DNA of 64,000 nt, from assembly GCA_965116925.1 (NCBI GenBank), contig OZ220744.1, positions 2,048,001-2,112,000 of the forward strand. Direction: 5' to 3'. This stretch comes from Candidatus Poribacteria bacterium. Lineage in GTDB: Bacteria; Poribacteria; WGA-4E; PCPOR2b. Below, one piece after another: positions 59,508 through 64,000 of this stretch. Position 1 is the stretch's first letter. Every line of letters begins with the position of its first letter. The notes beneath the pieces are model-generated. The model was given only the letters and a program-made list of their open reading frames with translations, did no database searches and was not told the DNA's origin. The position numbers were made by a program, and so were the translations under genes.

Positions 59508-60515
59508 CTATTGTGTATCAAGCGTTGCGAGTAGGTCCGCTGCCCTCTCCCGTTTCGCCGGATCTGTGTCACGGGCAACGATCCGCTGAAGCACCGAGAT
59601 CGAGTCTTTGTCGCCTTTTTCTGCCATTTCGATTCCCATCTGGTCCCGTTTTTCGTGGTAGCTATTGTCGTATTCCTTGACTTCCATATTCCATTTCTGC
59701 CAGTAGTATTGCAGATTATTGGGGGGCCAGTCTGCGTAAATCTCGTCCCAAGTAGCCGGCTGGGCGTGTGGTAGCAAGCTACCCGGTGCAATCGGGTCAC
59801 TGATTTTCTGGTATCTGGCGTCGATCGACATACGCAGTCGGTCACTGGAGTTGGACACGCCTTTGTGCACCGCCATGCTATGAAATATTAGCACATCTCC
59901 CTGCTCAAACGGATTGTTTACCCAAGTCCCTTCAAGTGGGTTGGTGACTGCAATGCCGCCGGCACCCATTGCGGGCTGAAATTCGTAAATGCCGTGCCGA
60001 TGTGAGCCGGACGCAATCTGGAGTCCACCTAGTTCCGGCGGTATGTCGGTTAATGGTATCCATGCGGTGTAGGTGTCAGCGGTGCCTTGGATAGGGATAA
60101 AGTCTTGATGCGGCGGGGTGGTAAACACCTCTCGTTGCGGAAAAATTGTCCGCCCGATGATGCGTGCGTGGGGCATCACTGGCTCGCCCAATATTCCCTC
60201 CATTACCCCAATCAGGTTTGGGTGATGCTGGAGTACCTGAAACTCTTGGAGTTTGTACATGTGGAGATACACCCCCATGTAGTCGGGCTGTGGTTCCACG
60301 CAGAAACCGTCCAGATCTGCGATGGCGTCTTTCAGCGGGGCGCCCTTCTTAACCCAACCTGCGTCACGCGCGATCTCAAGACACTGAAGCCGTAGACTTT
60401 CCAACACGTCGGCAGGCAGCAGCCCACGAATGAACAGATATCCATCTCGCTCTGCACGTGCTCGCAGTTCAAGCTTATCATTTACAACATCCGTCGAATC
60501 GAGAAAAGGTTGCAT
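59508..60515 (-). CDS. PhyH family dioxygenase
   Basis: PHQD, GGLQIASGSH, FHSMAVH, RMSIDARY. Confidence 0.88.
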   Translation of the reverse strand: MQPFLDSTDVVNDKLELRARAERDGYLFIRGLLPADVLESLRLQCLEIARDAGWVKKGAPLKDAIADLDGFCVEPQPDYMGVYLHMYKLQEFQVLQHHPNLIGVMEGILGEPVMPHARIIGRTIFPQREVFTTPPHQDFIPIQGTADTYTAWIPLTDIPPELGGLQIASGSHRHGIYEFQPAMGAGGIAVTNPLEGTWVNNPFEQGDVLIFHSMAVHKGVSNSSDRLRMSIDARYQKISDPIAPGSLLPHAQPATWDEIYADWPPNNLQYYWQKWNMEVKEYDNSYHEKRDQMGIEMAEKGDKDSISVLQRIVARDTDPAKRERAADLLATLDTQ

Positions 60516-60595
60516 CTGGTTCCCTCCTTAAAAATTCCATATAAAAGAGATTATCATGAAACCTGAAGAGTGTCAACTTCCTTTTTCAGAATGGA

Positions 60596-61939
60596 TCAAT
60601 GTCTTACCTGTTTCAAGGCGTCTATCAGGCTTTTTTCGATCAGGTCGCACAGTTCATCTATGTCCGATTCTTCCGCGATTAACGCGGGCGCGACTGCGAA
60701 CCAAGTTGGATCAACGCGGATAACCAGTCCATTTTTGAGCGCAGTCCGTTTCAAGGTACTTCCCAGCTCAGGATACGGCTGCATCGTCTGAGTATCCTTC
60801 ACCAACTCCACGCCGCGCAACACACCTTTGCCACGAACCTCGCGGACAACGCCGTACTGCTTCAATCCCTCAAGTTTTGCTGCGAGATAATCCCCTAACT
60901 CACGCGCTTTGTGGTCGAGTTGTTTCTCCGAAATTTCATCAATGACAGCGAGGCCTACGGCACATGCGAGCGGGTTGCCGGCAAATGTGTGGCCGTGTGC
61001 AAAATTCACGTCATCCGCTGCGGGACCGTAGAAGACCTCTCCCATGTCCTCTCGTGCAATCATAGCACCCAAGGGAATTGCCCCGCTTGATAATCCTTTG
61101 CCGCCGCAGATGATATCCGGTGTCACGCCGAAAGTCTGTGCTGCAAACATAGATCCCGTCCGAGCGAATCCGGTGATGATTTCATCGTAGATTAGGATAA
61201 CATTATAGCGGTTGCAAATTTCGCGGATTATCTGAAAATACTCTGCGGTTGGGGTTATGATGCCTCCTGTGTTACCGATAGGCTCGATGATAACGCCGGC
61301 AACCGTATCCGGATCTTCGTTGATAATCACGTCCTCGAACATCTGTGCACAAAAACGGTTGCACTCTTCCCAAGAGGAGAAGCGTTCACGGTAGTAGGTA
61401 GGCGGAAAAACCTTGAGAAAGCCCCCCATCTGAGGCTCAAAGGCGGTCTTGCGTTTGCCGGTGCCGCTAGCAGACATGGCACCAAAGGTCGCCCCGTGAT
61501 ACCCAAAGTATCGGCTGATGAACTTGTATTTTCCCGGCTGCCCGCTCTGCTTGAAATACTGACGGGTGAACTTCATGGCGGACTCAATTGACTCGGAGCC
61601 ACCGCTGTAGGGTTTGATATAGTTCAAATTACCAGGGGTGACCTCGCCTAACTTCTCGATGAAATCCAACGTGATGTCCGCAATCCCGTGCATCGAAGGA
61701 ACAAAACTCAATGTGTCCATCTGTCGCTGCATCGCTGCCATAAGTCGCGGGTGTTTGTGTCCAAGCGTGGCAACGAATATCCCGCCGATGCCATCAAAAT
61801 AACGCTTCCCTTCCACATCCCAATAGTAAAGCCCTTCTGCCCGTTGTACGATGAGCGGATTCTTGAAAAATTCCGCTGTCTGTTGGTAGTCCAGAAAGGT
61901 ACGCTTGAGCAGTTTTTTTTGACGTTCGTTAAGATTCAC
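60596..61939 (-). CDS. Class III PLP-dependent aminotransferase
   Basis: GGSESIE, YHG, DEIITGFARTG, GKGLS, HGHTF. Confidence 0.92.
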   Translation of the reverse strand: MNLNERQKKLLKRTFLDYQQTAEFFKNPLIVQRAEGLYYWDVEGKRYFDGIGGIFVATLGHKHPRLMAAMQRQMDTLSFVPSMHGIADITLDFIEKLGEVTPGNLNYIKPYSGGSESIESAMKFTRQYFKQSGQPGKYKFISRYFGYHGATFGAMSASGTGKRKTAFEPQMGGFLKVFPPTYYRERFSSWEECNRFCAQMFEDVIINEDPDTVAGVIIEPIGNTGGIITPTAEYFQIIREICNRYNVILIYDEIITGFARTGSMFAAQTFGVTPDIICGGKGLSSGAIPLGAMIAREDMGEVFYGPAADDVNFAHGHTFAGNPLACAVGLAVIDEISEKQLDHKARELGDYLAAKLEGLKQYGVVREVRGKGVLRGVELVKDTQTMQPYPELGSTLKRTALKNGLVIRVDPTWFAVAPALIAEESDIDELCDLIEKSLIDALKQVRH

Positions 61940-62454
61940 TCCGTTTTCCTTTCTTGGTTCAAGAACTGTCGCTGGCTTCTGAGCGCGAAGGATTTATTGT
62001 CGATTGCTCTTTGCACTGCTAATATACCGTCGAGATGATCGACCTCGTGCTGTAAGAGTTCCGAGAAATCTCCCTCAAGTGTCATACTCTGCTCCTCCCA
62101 ATTCTTATCTCGATACGTAATCCGACATTTCTGATGACGATACACCTTTATAAGGAGTTCAGGAAAGCTCATGCAGTCGTCCCAAAGTTCCATCATCTCT
62201 GTGCTTTTAAGATCCAAGACCGGATTGATAAAGATCACTGGCTCCCCAATGTGCATGTATACCACCCGCTTCATCGTACCGATCTGTGGTGCAGCGATGG
62301 CGCGTCCGGCGTTGTATTTTTTCCTGAAAGCCATCAGTGTATCGTGCAGATCTTGGATGATAGGCTTGATCTGATCCACCTGCGACTCTTGGATAGGCTC
62401 ACATATCTCAAAAAGTTTAGGATTTCCCAACAGGAGGATTTCCCTAACTGCCAT
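61936..62454 (-). CDS. def: Peptide deformylase family protein (variant motifs)
   Basis: AAPQIG, DDCMS, QHEVDHLDGIL. Confidence 0.8.
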   Translation of the reverse strand: MAVREILLLGNPKLFEICEPIQESQVDQIKPIIQDLHDTLMAFRKKYNAGRAIAAPQIGTMKRVVYMHIGEPVIFINPVLDLKSTEMMELWDDCMSFPELLIKVYRHQKCRITYRDKNWEEQSMTLEGDFSELLQHEVDHLDGILAVQRAIDNKSFALRSQRQFLNQERKTE

Positions 62455-62473
62455 TTCATACCTCGCTTTAAGG

Positions 62474-63658
62474 TTAGGAGTGATCTAATTCCCAGATCGG
62501 GACGTAGACTGGGAATATTGTATTCAGGATCTCACCCGTTGCGCCGCTAAAGTCGAGCGATTGGGCAGCGGGATGTGGACCAAAAATCAGTTGCGTTAGT
62601 TCACGGCGGGTTAATACCACAGTTTCTGTTAATCGCTTTGCCGAGAGATCGACCTCCCCATCGCGGAACCTGAGAGTTACAGCTTCGTCGGTTTCACGGC
62701 AGACAAGGCAGATAATCCCGTGCAGCCCGACTGACCGACTTCGCAGATGATGCTTAATCTGTCTTAACAATTTTTCAAGGCTATTGACGCGCATCATCTG
62801 GTAGCCGACACCTTTGGCTTCCTCAATAGGGTGTCCACTCCCCGGCTTCTTCTCTTCTATCAACTGTCCTAGGTTCGATGGGACTAGTGGCAGGAGCACT
62901 TGGATTTCTGAGTCGGCTTCTCGTTCTAACAGGACATGTTTAACTAGTGTCTCCAATCCCCCTATATCGCCTCCGCCTTCGATTAATCCGGGTTTGTTGA
63001 CTCCTTCTCCAAACATCAGATAGGCAATCGTTTCTTCACCATTCATCGCCAAGCAGGTCGTTGTTTGAGGCAAAGAAAAAAGTGCACGATATTCTTCACT
63101 AGAACGGGCGATTCGGTGCGGTTCCGTATCGTGGAGATTCACCATTGCATTAAACGAATTGGCGTTACTTGGGTCATATTGAACCACGTCGAAAGCACCA
63201 CTCTCAAAAAGCACATGTTCTTCTGGGCGAAGCTGATAAAGCCAGCCCTGCGACCCAACCGCCTCCCAGCCGGACTGTTGATAGAAGGGAAACGTCGCCT
63301 CCAGCGTCCACAGCACGGATATAGGGACATCCGCTTCATCCATGATGCGGATACAGTCCCGCAGGCAGCGGGTAGCGTATCCACGTCTACGGTAGTCCGG
63401 GTGCGTTACGGTCGGGCTGATGATGCCAATCCGTAATCTGTCGTCTCCTATGATTGCCTCGCGTAGCCAAACCGGCACATGAGCAACGACCACCCCGTCC
63501 ATCTTGAGGATACGCATGTACTCCATTTTTGAATGATTAAACACCAACGGATAGTCGGTGCGAATATCTTGGTCTGTTCCCGCCCTGAACACTTGATTGA
63601 TCAGGGCAATTACCTCTTCAAAATCTGATGCCTGACATGCGCGTGGTCCATCTACCAT
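62474..63658 (-). CDS. GNAT acetyltransferase, Eis-like with C-terminal SCP2-like domain
   Basis: VTHPDYRRRGYA, FYQQSGW. Confidence 0.75.
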   Translation of the reverse strand: MVDGPRACQASDFEEVIALINQVFRAGTDQDIRTDYPLVFNHSKMEYMRILKMDGVVVAHVPVWLREAIIGDDRLRIGIISPTVTHPDYRRRGYATRCLRDCIRIMDEADVPISVLWTLEATFPFYQQSGWEAVGSQGWLYQLRPEEHVLFESGAFDVVQYDPSNANSFNAMVNLHDTEPHRIARSSEEYRALFSLPQTTTCLAMNGEETIAYLMFGEGVNKPGLIEGGGDIGGLETLVKHVLLEREADSEIQVLLPLVPSNLGQLIEEKKPGSGHPIEEAKGVGYQMMRVNSLEKLLRQIKHHLRSRSVGLHGIICLVCRETDEAVTLRFRDGEVDLSAKRLTETVVLTRRELTQLIFGPHPAAQSLDFSGATGEILNTIFPVYVPIWELDHS

Positions 63659-63688
63659 CGGTTTTTCTCCTCAAATCAATCAAATGAA

Positions 63689-63804
63689 TAGGACTTACGC
63701 ATTTCAGGACGGAGCAAGATGCCTCGTCTACAGGCTAACCCATTTCAGCGTAGGAGGTGCGGGGAAACCAGATGCCCCGCCTACGGTTGGCTGTGTAAGT
63801 CCTG
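63689..63804. mobile_element. 116-bp MITE-like element with AGGACTTACGCA terminal inverted repeats and ATGAA direct repeats
   Basis: AGGACTTACGCA (63690-63701) / TGTGTAAGTCCT (63792-63803); ATGAA at 63684-63688 and 63805-63809. Confidence 0.7.
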
Positions 63805-63823
63805 ATGAAGTTAGGGAAGTACC

Positions 63824-64000
63824 TCATCGGGGTATGAGCGGCAGGATGAGTCGAGACGGATACTCTACACTGTGGAACACGGTTTGGTGTGCGACCCGCA
63901 GCTCCGTATCCGACCAGAAATCCGCGCCGGTGTTGTGGTTGCGATCAAAGTTAGGGAAATCGGAACTTGATACATCAAGCCGAATCCGATGTCCCTGTCG
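63824..64000 (-). CDS. CocE/NonD family hydrolase, C-terminal end (partial)
   Basis: Manual translation RQGHRIRLDVSSSDFPNFDRNHNTG...HQTVFHSVEYPSRLILPLIPR*. Confidence 0.85.
   Translation of the reverse strand, partial: RQGHRIRLDVSSSDFPNFDRNHNTGADFWSDTELRVAHQTVFHSVEYPSRLILPLIPR

Overview
64-kb bacterial chromosomal window of about 50% GC. It is dense with catabolic genes: four PhyH-type 2OG/Fe(II) dioxygenases, two enolase-superfamily enzymes, Gfo/Idh/MocA, GMC, BNR, FGE-sulfatase domain and Uma2. Housekeeping genes include ychF, dut-thyA-folA, topA, ftsE, mqnD, mtnP, tRNA-Asn and tRNA-Arg. This gene mix resembles Candidatus Poribacteria, but that is an inference only. Most interesting items: (1) a 428-bp ORF-less element with IS200/IS605 ends (55547-55974) carrying its own promoter and a densely structured ~315-nt RNA, a candidate stand-alone TnpB-type omegaRNA that also forms the leader of a phyH cluster; (2) a TnpB-only IS605-type element with all RuvC residues present, inserted in the last codon of an FGE-domain gene, with ends, TAM and guide readable from the sequence; (3) a selenoprotein split in two by the ORF track (UxxC plus SECIS-like hairpin, 49560-50423); (4) a copper locus headed by a Cys/His-rich leader ORF ending in RAPP, followed by an FMN-bind/cytochrome b562-like fusion and an orphan Rieske protein; (5) several MITE/REP-like repeat families and a nonsense-inactivated PIN toxin. 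No CRISPR array was seen. All family assignments come from motif recognition by eye; no searches were run.
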